Of a stretch of DNA of 64,000 nt, positions 54,594 to 63,123 are shown piece after piece. The notes under the pieces were generated by a model. That model ran no database searches, was not told the origin of the DNA, and was given only the letters and a program-made list of their open reading frames with translations. The stretch covers positions 3,777 through 67,776 of IMG/VR virus record IMGVR_UViG_3300005675_000082; one strand, written 5' to 3'. This stretch comes from a virus (taxonomy: Duplodnaviria; Caudoviricetes). A program made the translations under genes and the position numbers. How positions within the stretch are numbered: the first letter of the stretch is position 1; every line of letters begins with the position of its first letter.

Positions 54594-54732
54594 ACGTGGG
54601 TTAAGTGTATCTCAATTTTTGTCGTTGGGGTGTATCCTTTCGCTCGGATATTTTCATCGCAGTGCGTTTACTGGTATCCTCTATTTGTAAATAAATCATA
54701 TTATGGAATTGCGGAATTGTCAATCAAACAAT

Positions 54733-54761
54733 TTGACAACAATTCAGAACACATGTACAAT
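54733..54761 (+). promoter_or_regulatory. Consensus promoter with LexA-like box
   Basis: TTGACA-N17-TACAAT; AGAACACATGTACA at 54746-54759. Confidence 0.8.
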
Positions 54762-54773
54762 ATAGGGGAAAAT

Positions 54774-54995
54774 ATGTCTAGGAAAACAACGGAGGGGTAT
54801 GTGAACGTTCAGGTGAAACGCGAGGTTCACGCGATGCTCGAATTGCTCAAAGAACGAATGAACGCCAATAGCTTTTCCGAAACGCTGGAGGAATATATTC
54901 GTGCGCACAACCCTGAAATTCCAGAAGCCGTGAATGCCATTGAAGAAGCAAAGCGACGGGCACTGGGACACGGGAGACGATCCGAATCGCAGTAA
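54774..54995 (+). CDS. Small RHH/CopG-like regulator
   Basis: 73 aa; YVNVQVKREVHAMLELLK...SFSETLEEYI strand-helix-helix pattern. Confidence 0.6.
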   Translation: MSRKTTEGYVNVQVKREVHAMLELLKERMNANSFSETLEEYIRAHNPEIPEAVNAIEEAKRRALGHGRRSESQ

Positions 54996-55056
54996 GTTGG
55001 CGTGCTGAGTAGACAGCGGTATAGTGTTCTCACCGTTATCAGAAAGGTGGAGAACA

Positions 55057-55254
55057 ATGGGAAGCTCAAAAGACATCAAGCGCCAGCAAAAGAAAACACA
55101 GAAGACGATGAAAGCGCTAACGAAGATGATTCCGCGCGTAAAGGTTCGGCGCGTAAAACGTACTGGCAAAAGCGGCGCGGGCTGCCCCTGCTCGGTTTTA
55201 ATGCTGGCGGGGATAGTCGGAACCCTTGTGCTATTGGCGATCTGGTTTACCTGA
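55057..55254 (+). CDS. Small basic membrane protein
   Basis: Lys/Arg-rich N-terminus, C-terminal TM segment; RBS GGTGGAG. Confidence 0.55.
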   Translation: MGSSKDIKRQQKKTQKTMKALTKMIPRVKVRRVKRTGKSGAGCPCSVLMLAGIVGTLVLLAIWFT

Positions 55255-55274
55255 ATCGCAGAGGAGTGATTTGA

Positions 55275-55703
55275 ATGATCTATTTTCTTCAGCGTGCCGA
55301 TGGCGCGATTAAGATTGGGTTGACAACCAATAAGCGTACTCTTGACTCGCGCATAATAGTGCTTGATAAACAATTTGATGGGATAAGACTTTTTGGTGTT
55401 ATCCCCGGTTTTATTAAGCATGAAAGAGAACTTCACGAGAAATTTTCCAATTATCGAATAAGGATGGAACCAAAGAGGATTGGGTATACCGAATGGTTTT
55501 TTCCGTATGATGAATTGACTTGTTATATCCAGAGGTTTGCAACATCTAATATCATGTTGTGTGTGAGGTTTCAGTTGCAGCGCAAAAAAAGCGACAATCT
55601 CCTTGAGGAATGGCAAGACTATGTAAAATCTTGCACTCAATTTTTTAACGCACGAACCAATTTGGGTCGATGGAGCTGTGGGTTTTCTACATTTCCACAT
55701 TAG
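55275..55703 (+). CDS. T5orf172/GIY-YIG-like nuclease domain protein
   Basis: MIYF...IKIG.T...R...E..LH..F...R...EWF. Confidence 0.75.
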   Translation: MIYFLQRADGAIKIGLTTNKRTLDSRIIVLDKQFDGIRLFGVIPGFIKHERELHEKFSNYRIRMEPKRIGYTEWFFPYDELTCYIQRFATSNIMLCVRFQLQRKKSDNLLEEWQDYVKSCTQFFNARTNLGRWSCGFSTFPH

Positions 55704-55885
55704 AGCATTGTCGCGATCGGCAAAATATGTCCAATGCATACGAATTCTTTTGCGTTTTAGCGATGCGCAGGGGTCGATGGTAGGAGGCGTGAAAAAACAG
55801 GCTTTAAATGTCATAACGGCAGCGCTCGATGTAACAATAAACAAACGTTCTAATCAGTGTAACACGAGTCCCAACGGGATAAAGA

Positions 55886-55911
55886 TATAATCTGGTTAGA
55901 ACTTCTGTTCC
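55886..55911 (+). promoter_or_regulatory. Promoter -10 with perfect LexA-like box
   Basis: TATAAT at 55886; AGAACTTCTGTTCC at 55898-55911. Confidence 0.7.
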
Positions 55912-56077
55912 ACTACGATTAAGTATAGGGTTGTGACGTATCGTTATATTACGGGATATTTAAGCGTGTGTACACTGGAATACCGTGAATGTTTGGTTAT
56001 AAGTCAGTTGTTCAGTAAGTGTTAAGTGAAGGCGTTGACAGTCTGTAACAGCGGATAGACAGGAGGTTGTAAGTGAG

Positions 56078-57028
56078 ATGAGCGACAGCATCGTCCTGAT
56101 CCCCATGAGCGCAGAGGAAGCGCGTACCTGCGTGACGGACATCCGTGAGCATATGCGCGTGTCAGATGAACAGCATCAACTGGCGCGCAAAAAAGCACAT
56201 GACCTGTGGCAGCGCGAAGGCTGGAAAGCGCTGGGGTACAGCAGTTTCCTCAAATGCGCACAGGCTGAGTTTGGTAAGTCGTTCCAGCATGTGTACAGAC
56301 TCAAGGATGCGGTGGAAGTCGAACAGCAGTTGACTTCGTTTTCACCTCTAGGTGAAAAGTTTGCCCTGCCTGAAACACACGCCCGCAAGCTGAAGTCACT
56401 GCCCACAGCGGAAAGCCGCTACGACGCGCTGAAAGTTGCCGAGCAGATGGCGTCCAGCGAGGGCAGCGATGTGGTGGCACAGCGGCACATTGAGGCGGCG
56501 GTAAACGTGACCGCGAAGAAGCTGCGGGTGTTTGCCAGCCGTTACGCCCCACTGTCGCAGATGGTGACAACAGGGGCGCTCAGCGTCGAAGATGCCGAGG
56601 ATATTGCGGTACGCATTGACAGACTGAAACCGCAGGCGAAAGGTTTTGTGTTGCAGCATCTGGTACGTGCTGGCGGAATGCGCGGGGATGTGCTGAGTTT
56701 CATCGGGGAGCAGTATCAGCGTGGAGATGACCCAATTGCGGCGCTGATACTACAGACGGTGAACGCCACTGGCTGCCTGGATGGGACGCTTTTAAAGAAT
56801 GCCAACATGGATAATACCAAACGCGCATTGTATGAGGCGCGACTGGAAGTGGAGAGCGAGCAGGCGCAGCACGAAGAAGATTACGGCCCCGTCAACCTGA
56901 CGCTGTGGGAGCGTGACGTGGAACGTTCAGCGGCGGCGCTGGTGACGATCATTGATAAAGCGTGGGCACAGCTATTGTGGTATCGGCTGGGTGAAGCGCT
57001 GGGAGTCGGGACAGATGGCGCGCGGTGA
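56078..57028 (+). CDS. Phage DNA-binding protein (WKALGY.SF...HTH-like), contains palindrome copy 7
   Basis: W..LGY.SF...F..S..HVYRL..A..V and PE.HAR.L motifs. Confidence 0.6.
   Translation: MSDSIVLIPMSAEEARTCVTDIREHMRVSDEQHQLARKKAHDLWQREGWKALGYSSFLKCAQAEFGKSFQHVYRLKDAVEVEQQLTSFSPLGEKFALPETHARKLKSLPTAESRYDALKVAEQMASSEGSDVVAQRHIEAAVNVTAKKLRVFASRYAPLSQMVTTGALSVEDAEDIAVRIDRLKPQAKGFVLQHLVRAGGMRGDVLSFIGEQYQRGDDPIAALILQTVNATGCLDGTLLKNANMDNTKRALYEARLEVESEQAQHEEDYGPVNLTLWERDVERSAAALVTIIDKAWAQLLWYRLGEALGVGTDGAR
56338..56359. promoter_or_regulatory. 22-bp palindrome copy 7 (intragenic)
   Basis: GTTTTCACCTCTAGGTGAAAAG. Confidence 0.7.
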
Positions 57029-57218
57029 CATCACCACTACCATTCGCTGCGATGTCTGCGGACATCAGTGGTTTGGCTGCACCGACAGGCGCGTGAACAT
57101 TCGCGCGGCACGCCAGCATGTGCAGCGAGCCAACGGATTCAAACGCCTGCGCCTGGCGGGCAAAATGGCAGATGTATGTTCGATGTGTCAGGAGAAGATG
57201 GCACGCTTAACGGTATAA
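57015..57218 (+). CDS. Small zinc-finger protein
   Basis: CDVC...CSMC. Confidence 0.5.
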   Translation: MARGDITTTIRCDVCGHQWFGCTDRRVNIRAARQHVQRANGFKRLRLAGKMADVCSMCQEKMARLTV

Positions 57219-57241
57219 ACTGAGATGACCAACAACAGAGG

Positions 57242-58030
57242 ATGCAAACCATGAAAGTGATTACACTGGCCAATGAAAAAGGCGGCGTCGGCAAGACCAC
57301 GCTGGCCATTCACATCGCGGCAGGCTTAGCCATTCGCGGTGCAAAGGTTCTTTTAATCGACGCCGATGGACAGGGGCACGCGACATTCGGGATGGGGCTG
57401 AACAAAGCGCCCGGTTTCTATGACATGGTCGTGCGCGGCGCGGCATGGGCAGACATTATTCGCCCGCTGGCCCCTGAGAGTTACGAACCGCCCACAGAAG
57501 CCTCTAAGGGGTTTCTGGCGGTGCTGCCGGGGAACAGTGAAACCATGCTCATTGGGCAGAAGGTAGAAAATTCACTGACGATCAACGCCCGTCTGGAAGA
57601 ACTGGCGGGACTGTTTGATGTCGTGCTGTTTGACACTTCACCCACGCCGAGTCTGCTGCATGGCATTATCTACATGGCGACAGACGGCATCATCTACCCC
57701 ACCGAATGCGAAACCTACAGCCTGCAAGCGCTGACCGCGACGTATAACAACCTGAATGTGTTTAGTCGCCAGCGCCAGAAGCTGACAGGCGTCGGGGTTG
57801 ATACGCTGGGTATTGTGCCGATGATGCACAAAAACACGATTGAACACAACGAAAACCTTGCCGATCTACGTACCAATTTCGGCGACATGGTGACCGCGCC
57901 TATTCCCAACCGTGTGACGTGGGTCGAAGCATCGAACCGCCGCACGCCCGTCTTCCGCTACGCGCCACGTTCGGCTGCGGCGCGTGAGGCATGGGCGCTG
58001 GTCAACGGGGTGCTGGCGTATGTCGGATAA
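57242..58030 (+). CDS. parA: ParA/Soj family Walker ATPase
   Basis: [38 protein letters not shown]...EA...TPVF.YAP.S. Confidence 0.95.
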   Translation: MQTMKVITLANEKGGVGKTTLAIHIAAGLAIRGAKVLLIDADGQGHATFGMGLNKAPGFYDMVVRGAAWADIIRPLAPESYEPPTEASKGFLAVLPGNSETMLIGQKVENSLTINARLEELAGLFDVVLFDTSPTPSLLHGIIYMATDGIIYPTECETYSLQALTATYNNLNVFSRQRQKLTGVGVDTLGIVPMMHKNTIEHNENLADLRTNFGDMVTAPIPNRVTWVEASNRRTPVFRYAPRSAAAREAWALVNGVLAYVG

Positions 58031-58790
58031 GCGCAGCGGACGCACTTCAGCCATTACAGGCGTTGGCGACGAAACCGCCAGCGCATTAAGTCCTGAGCAG
58101 CTCGCGCTGATGGGCTACCAAATTCCGACGACGCGGCATATGGTGGCGGAAACGACATTACCCGATGGCGCGATTGTGCCGCAGGGCGATGGATCGTGGC
58201 TATTGTCTGGCTTCAGACTCACAACCACAGGGGTTGATATTCCGGCAGATACTACCGAAGCACAGTGGACTGCATTAGGCGTGATGATCTGCAAACTCGG
58301 TGCGTCGGTCCAATGGCTCATCGGGGACTGGCTGGCATTCGGGGATCGGCGCTGGGGCAAGACGTATGAGCAGGTTGCAGAACTGACGGGATATGAGGTG
58401 CAATCGCTGCGGGATATGGTCTATGTTGCCAGCAAAGTATCGGTGCGCACCGATAAACTCAGTTTTGCGCATCATAAGGTGGTCGCAGGATTAGCGCCTG
58501 AAGATCAACAGGCATGGCTGGAATGGGCAATCGAAAACGGCGCGTCGTCAAAGATGCTGCTTGCTGCAATCAGAGAATGGCGTAGGCCGACTCCCCTATC
58601 AAGCGGTGCCGATGGGTCGCAGGTGCAAAAAGTGTTGATTTCACGCGAAAAACCGCGCGAATTTCGCCAATTCCTGAAACTGGCCTCCAAAGCAGGGCAG
58701 GGGGATGTTAAAGCGAAACAGCGCGCGCTGGGGCAGATTGTCCAGTATCGGCAGTGGTTGGATGAGATGGAACAGTGGTTGAAGGGGTAG
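58020..58790 (+). CDS. LmbU-like HTH protein, putative ParA partner (no ParB CTPase box seen)
   Basis: [11 protein letters not shown]...TG..QSLR..YVA...LSFAHH..VA.L...Q..WL..A; basic N-terminus (KRSGR); overlaps the parA stop. Confidence 0.7.
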   Translation: MSDKRSGRTSAITGVGDETASALSPEQLALMGYQIPTTRHMVAETTLPDGAIVPQGDGSWLLSGFRLTTTGVDIPADTTEAQWTALGVMICKLGASVQWLIGDWLAFGDRRWGKTYEQVAELTGYEVQSLRDMVYVASKVSVRTDKLSFAHHKVVAGLAPEDQQAWLEWAIENGASSKMLLAAIREWRRPTPLSSGADGSQVQKVLISREKPREFRQFLKLASKAGQGDVKAKQRALGQIVQYRQWLDEMEQWLKG

Positions 58791-58793
58791 AAG

Positions 58794-59063
58794 ATGGCAA
58801 TACGAAACATGACGCAACCCAAACTGTACGCAACCATTGTGCTGCCCAACGAACAGACCATTGAGGTTCCGGTATCGGTGACGCTGGAAACACCGAACGC
58901 TGTCACCCTTGAGCCGGGGCGTATCGCAATCAGCATCGACGTCAAACTGCTGACTGTTCGCGATGATACCGGACGCGTGTACACCGTCATGGTAGATGAC
59001 GCGCCGCTGGTATTTGTCGCCCGTAGTAATGCCGTGACGCAGATTATGGCGAGGGTTGAATGA
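58794..59063 (+). CDS. Hypothetical protein
   Basis: 89-aa collinear ORF. Confidence 0.5.
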   Translation: MAIRNMTQPKLYATIVLPNEQTIEVPVSVTLETPNAVTLEPGRIAISIDVKLLTVRDDTGRVYTVMVDDAPLVFVARSNAVTQIMARVE

Positions 59064-59353
59064 GCGACGGCATTGACCTGACTCCTATCGTCAAAGGGCA
59101 TTTTGTCTCCGGTGATGGCATCTTGATCGACATTGGTGAAACGATTATCAAGCTGTATCGCAAGCGCGGCGCGGCGGAGATGGAACTTGTGGCAACGGTA
59201 ACACGTCCACAGAAGTCCAGCGTTAGACTAGACGGGTTTGGGCGTGCTGCGTTGGACGATTTCAGCGATTGGCCTACCCAATGGGCAGAGGACGCGGATT
59301 TGTTTACTGGCGAGTTCGAGATACAAGTATATCCAAAGGGCGGTGACGAATGA
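59060..59353 (+). CDS. Hypothetical protein
   Basis: 97 aa; ends EIQVYPK. Confidence 0.55.
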   Translation: MSDGIDLTPIVKGHFVSGDGILIDIGETIIKLYRKRGAAEMELVATVTRPQKSSVRLDGFGRAALDDFSDWPTQWAEDADLFTGEFEIQVYPKGGDE

Positions 59354-59688
59354 TACCCACAGCGATTATCCACGAATTAAACTGCCGTGCCGCGATTCGA
59401 GCCTCGCAGTTTGGGCAGGCCACCTATCAGGCATACATTCCGCGCCAATGGTGGACAGAAGACATGCTATTGAGATATGAAGCTGAAGCCGTTGCCATTA
59501 CAATGTTTGTCGAAGAACCTGACTTTACACGCGATGGCGGCAGTGTCACACTTGATGAATTGACAATCAGGCTGCCGTTAATGCATCCCTCGTTGGACAA
59601 CTTTGGAGACGTGCCAAATCCCGCTGTTGAGAGATGGTTAGGGGCTGATATAGAGATACAAGTATATCCAAAGGCTAGTGCCGAATGA
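59350..59688 (+). CDS. Hypothetical protein
   Basis: 112 aa; ends EIQVYPK. Confidence 0.55.
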   Translation: MIPTAIIHELNCRAAIRASQFGQATYQAYIPRQWWTEDMLLRYEAEAVAITMFVEEPDFTRDGGSVTLDELTIRLPLMHPSLDNFGDVPNPAVERWLGADIEIQVYPKASAE

Positions 59689-59909
59689 CACCACAACGAC
59701 CCCCACAACCCTATTTACGCGGCTTTACGATGTTTGACGTGGTGCGCACGATGGACGGGCGCGAAGGTGTGATTCTCGACCTGTTTACCCGTCAGGAGGC
59801 GACGGTGGGCTTCTGGAACGAACCACTGCGCGCGGGGCTGGAAACCGCCAGCGCCACAAAGGAACACCACCCGTTAGACGATCTGACGTTTGTGAGGACG
59901 CTGGAATGA
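59685..59909 (+). CDS. Small SH3/KOW-like protein
   Basis: FDVVRTMDGREGVI..L....A.V. Confidence 0.45.
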   Translation: MTPQRPPQPYLRGFTMFDVVRTMDGREGVILDLFTRQEATVGFWNEPLRAGLETASATKEHHPLDDLTFVRTLE

Positions 59910-60379
59910 CTGACTACAGCACATGGCCTGATGCGCGCATCAATTACCACATCGCTTGCATGACGGGGTGTAAACTAGAGGTGACCCCTGAATACGGCTC
60001 CTTGCCCTGGCTGCGACTGGTGGATAAAAACGACAGTCACATCAAGGACACCGATGTGACATGGGGCAGCATGGAAACACGCCGCCAGTTCTGGTCGTGG
60101 GGCTTGTGGGCGAATGATGCAAACATGGCGCTGAAGCTGCTGACCGACATCACAGTTATTGAGTGTCACCCCACCACTAAACCCCCTTTAACATGGTACA
60201 TGCAATTTGTTTACTATCCGGCGCGCGAGGTGGTCGGGTTTGAAACGCATGTGTTTGCCAAGTCGTTTCCCCGCGCGCTTTGCGAATGCTGGCTCATGTG
60301 GCAGGACGCCCTTAATCCACTTCGACAATCCGCAGATCAGCCGTTGCCACGCACGCCACGACGCCACAGGGCGGGTTAG
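59906..60379 (+). CDS. Phage ABA-sandwich-like domain protein
   Basis: INYHIA...W..DAN.A..L...PRALCECWL. Confidence 0.5.
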   Translation: MTDYSTWPDARINYHIACMTGCKLEVTPEYGSLPWLRLVDKNDSHIKDTDVTWGSMETRRQFWSWGLWANDANMALKLLTDITVIECHPTTKPPLTWYMQFVYYPAREVVGFETHVFAKSFPRALCECWLMWQDALNPLRQSADQPLPRTPRRHRAG

Positions 60380-60593
60380 CCACCATCATACGCTGTGCAT
60401 ACCACAGCGCATAGATTTTCGCCTCATGCTCCGGCTTGGAATAGCAGATGATAATTTGTAATGCTGGATATTTGTCGTTGAAAAGTTCGATACGAGAAAA
60501 AGGTCCATCAGATTCAATGGTGGGGGCGAGGTAGGGATAACCATGTTCTCTCAGTTTGGAATACACAGTTTTAGCGATTTGTTTTGTGTCCAC
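60312..60593 (-). CDS. Hypothetical protein
   Basis: 93 aa with its own RBS region. Confidence 0.45.
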   Translation of the reverse strand: MDTKQIAKTVYSKLREHGYPYLAPTIESDGPFSRIELFNDKYPALQIIICYSKPEHEAKIYALWYAQRMMVANPPCGVVACVATADLRIVEVD

Positions 60594-60657
60594 TTATGGT
60601 TATCCAGTAGTTAAAATGAGATATGTATAATGTAACATAGTTCAAGATACAAAATCA

Positions 60658-60782
60658 AGAATATTTGTTCTACGAACGAAAATGAGATATAATTGGGGGA
60701 TTAAAAGGGATACCCAAGATGCTTGACCATCTTGGGTATTGATCGACTTACTTGAGGGCAAGTCAGAAGGATTATACCACTT
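60658..60782 (+). promoter_or_regulatory. LexA-like box, promoter and two-hairpin leader of the GIY-YIG gene
   Basis: AGAATATTTGTTCT overlapping -35; TATAAT at 60688; perfect 12-bp stem 60710-60739; AAGGATTATACC before the ATG. Confidence 0.7.
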
Positions 60783-61640
60783 ATGTCTCCTAAACACCCA
60801 TTGTCTACTGCTGGGATATACATCATTACTTGTACTGTGAACGGCAAAATCTATATTGGAAGTAGCGTCAACATAAAACGGCGTTGGTCACAGCATGTCA
60901 GTGATTTAAAGACAAGGACGCACGACAATTGTTATCTACAAAATGCATGGAATCGACATGGCGAAAAAGCTTTTAAGATAGATGCTCTTGAGCTATGCGA
61001 TAAAAGCATATTAGTAGAACGTGAGCAATTTTATCTTGATACCATGAAACCGTTTAAAAGCCGGGGGTTTAATATCGCAATTACCGCACAAAAATCTCAA
61101 TTGGGAAGACCTGTGACGCCTGAGCATCGTGCAAAAATAAGTGCGGCACGAAAAGGGCACTCAGTATCAGAAGAAACACGTGCAAAACTTAGCAAAGCAC
61201 AAAAAGGGGTTGCTCGGCATTCCGAAGAAACAAAGCAAAAAATAGGGGCAGCAAGCCGAGGGCGAAAAAAGTCTCCAGAGACAGTAGAGAAAATGCGCAT
61301 AGCACAAAGGAACAGATCCCCAGAGAGAAATCTCAAAATATCTATGGCCCTTAAAGGGAAAATGCACCTCCCTAAAGCTTTAGAAGAAATGAATAAAGCC
61401 CGCAAGGGGGTGCCTTTACCCCTTGCGCAAAGAGCAAAAATTAAAGCGTCCTGGAAGCCGGTGGGGTACGCGATTCCTAAAAAGTGGATTGTAACATCGC
61501 CAGATGGGATACGCATTGAAATAGTCAATCTTGCTAAATTTTGCCGTGAACATGGGTTAGATAGCGCTACAATGAATGTGGTAGCGCGGGGGAAAATGAA
61601 ATCACACAAAGGATGGAAATGTGAGCGTTTAGATGAATAA
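60783..61640 (+). CDS. GIY-YIG homing endonuclease with NUMOD3 repeats
   Basis: GIYIIT...KIYIGSS...RW..H; repeated S.ET+.K.S.A.+G. Confidence 0.92.
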   Translation: MSPKHPLSTAGIYIITCTVNGKIYIGSSVNIKRRWSQHVSDLKTRTHDNCYLQNAWNRHGEKAFKIDALELCDKSILVEREQFYLDTMKPFKSRGFNIAITAQKSQLGRPVTPEHRAKISAARKGHSVSEETRAKLSKAQKGVARHSEETKQKIGAASRGRKKSPETVEKMRIAQRNRSPERNLKISMALKGKMHLPKALEEMNKARKGVPLPLAQRAKIKASWKPVGYAIPKKWIVTSPDGIRIEIVNLAKFCREHGLDSATMNVVARGKMKSHKGWKCERLDE

Positions 61641-61656
61641 AGCTGTACTGCAATAA

Positions 61657-61683
61657 AAAGACGCGCTATCACAACGCGTCTTT
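61657..61683. terminator. Bidirectional terminator between convergent blocks
   Basis: AAAGACGCG-N9-CGCGTCTTT. Confidence 0.7.
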
Positions 61684-61710
61684 GGCTTTTTCTGCGGCGG
61701 AAGTGGGGAG

Positions 61711-62040
61711 CTAAGCTATCGTCCCATCTTCGCCGCTTTCCAGAAAATGATTGAGGTAAGCGCTGTTGCCCTGATACTCATCTTCTGGCGGTTCCTGCCC
61801 TGCGGGAACGTCGATAAAGCCACCTTCCCAATACACGCGGGATGGGTCGAAGTCCTCTATTTTGTAGATACGATTTGTAAGCGTGTGGTCGAAGACCGCC
61901 AGCAAAACATCTCCAACAACATCGCTCCAAAAGATGCGCTTAATCTCATATACGCGACCATCTGAGCAGATGCGCCGGAACCCGACATGCAACCCATGTT
62001 GCGCGGCGGTAGCAATGGCTTGTTCGTTATTCATGTTCAT
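61711..62040 (-). CDS. Hypothetical protein
   Basis: 109 aa. Confidence 0.55.
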   Translation of the reverse strand: MNMNNEQAIATAAQHGLHVGFRRICSDGRVYEIKRIFWSDVVGDVLLAVFDHTLTNRIYKIEDFDPSRVYWEGGFIDVPAGQEPPEDEYQGNSAYLNHFLESGEDGTIA

Positions 62041-62378
62041 TTCTGCCCTTTGAAACTACCTTTAAGCTGCTCCCACTTATCCAGTTCCGTCTGCAACGTG
62101 GCTTTCACGCCTGCAACCGTAGTTGCACGATCTGGCATCATTTGTCCAGGATGAACACACAGATCTGCGATTCGGTCTATGCCGTACTGGGTGCAGACAC
62201 GTTCCATCATGGACTGGTTATTACGCAGCAGCCAGAGAAATAGCTGATGAAAGTTGTATCCATCAAGGCTCAGGATGCGCAGGATTTCAAGCTGTGATAT
62301 CAGGCTGTTGGTGCCGATAATCCCTTTGATCATCGTGTCGTTAGCCGCTTCGAGGATGCGGCGCTGTTCGTCATTCAT
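62037..62378 (-). CDS. Hypothetical protein
   Basis: Start MNDEQ, coupled. Confidence 0.5.
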   Translation of the reverse strand: MNDEQRRILEAANDTMIKGIIGTNSLISQLEILRILSLDGYNFHQLFLWLLRNNQSMMERVCTQYGIDRIADLCVHPGQMMPDRATTVAGVKATLQTELDKWEQLKGSFKGQK

Positions 62379-62709
62379 GGCTGATAATCTCCCCATCATC
62401 TCCAAGCTCCCACACTTCGGGCGCGGCGGCCACATCCTCGACCCATGCGCTGCGGTCAATCGGTGTGTTAGACAACTGGCGCATCGCCTCCTGAGCCTGC
62501 GCCATGTTGATGAACGCACGATTAGCTGCCTGTGTCATCATCATGTTTGCGTCATGCAGTTCACGAAGGCGTTTATCGACAAGGTTGCTCTTCATACTCA
62601 AATCGTCTTTGAGTGTCGATTTAAGAACAGCCAATGTCCGTGTTTGCCACCAGATCATGCAACCGAGAGTAATGATAATGATTAGAAGCAAGGCTTGTAT
62701 CACGCCCAT
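62371..62709 (-). CDS. Membrane-anchored coiled-coil protein
   Basis: N-terminal TM segment. Confidence 0.5.
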   Translation of the reverse strand: MGVIQALLLIIIITLGCMIWWQTRTLAVLKSTLKDDLSMKSNLVDKRLRELHDANMMMTQAANRAFINMAQAQEAMRQLSNTPIDRSAWVEDVAAAPEVWELGDDGEIISHE

Positions 62710-63101
62710 TCCCCCTTCAACACACCAGTTCCCTCGCACACTGGGCACGGCTCGAAATAGCCCTGCTCATTCAGTATAAAGCCTTCTTCATGGCAGTGGC
62801 TACAATTCCATGCGCCTTCCTCACGAAAGCGTGGTTTGCCGTTTTCGTCCTTCGGCAGACGGGCCAGCGTTTCGAGGATGGTCTTTTGACGGTCTGCTGT
62901 GGTCATGAAAGGATAGACCACGAACGTCCAGCCCTTGTCGTTGACTTCCGTCAGCAGTGCAGCGTCCCGGATCGCGCCTGAGAGGTTGCCATACACGCGA
63001 CCAGGCGCTACACGCGCACGCCTGCACCACGCGCCTGCGTAGCCCTTGCCACCGAGATAGTAGCCGCGCTGCTGGATGATGTACTTGGTTTTCGTTACCA
63101 T
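62700..63101 (-). CDS. Hypothetical protein with DnaJ-type zinc finger
   Basis: CSHC...CPVCEGTG. Confidence 0.55.
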   Translation of the reverse strand: MVTKTKYIIQQRGYYLGGKGYAGAWCRRARVAPGRVYGNLSGAIRDAALLTEVNDKGWTFVVYPFMTTADRQKTILETLARLPKDENGKPRFREEGAWNCSHCHEEGFILNEQGYFEPCPVCEGTGVLKGEWA

Positions 63102-63123
63102 GTTATCGCTCCTGATGAAATGG

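Noticed and set aside
54744-55844. 366-aa minus-strand ORF across the early rightward genes
   Set aside because: Overlaps three + strand genes with RBSs and recognisable motifs; the translation looks non-protein-like.
55610-55890. Possible -1 frameshifted gene at TTTTTTA (55641-55647)
   Set aside because: An RBS, ATG and slippery heptamer exist, but the product overlaps the T5orf172 gene and has no recognisable motif; insufficient support.
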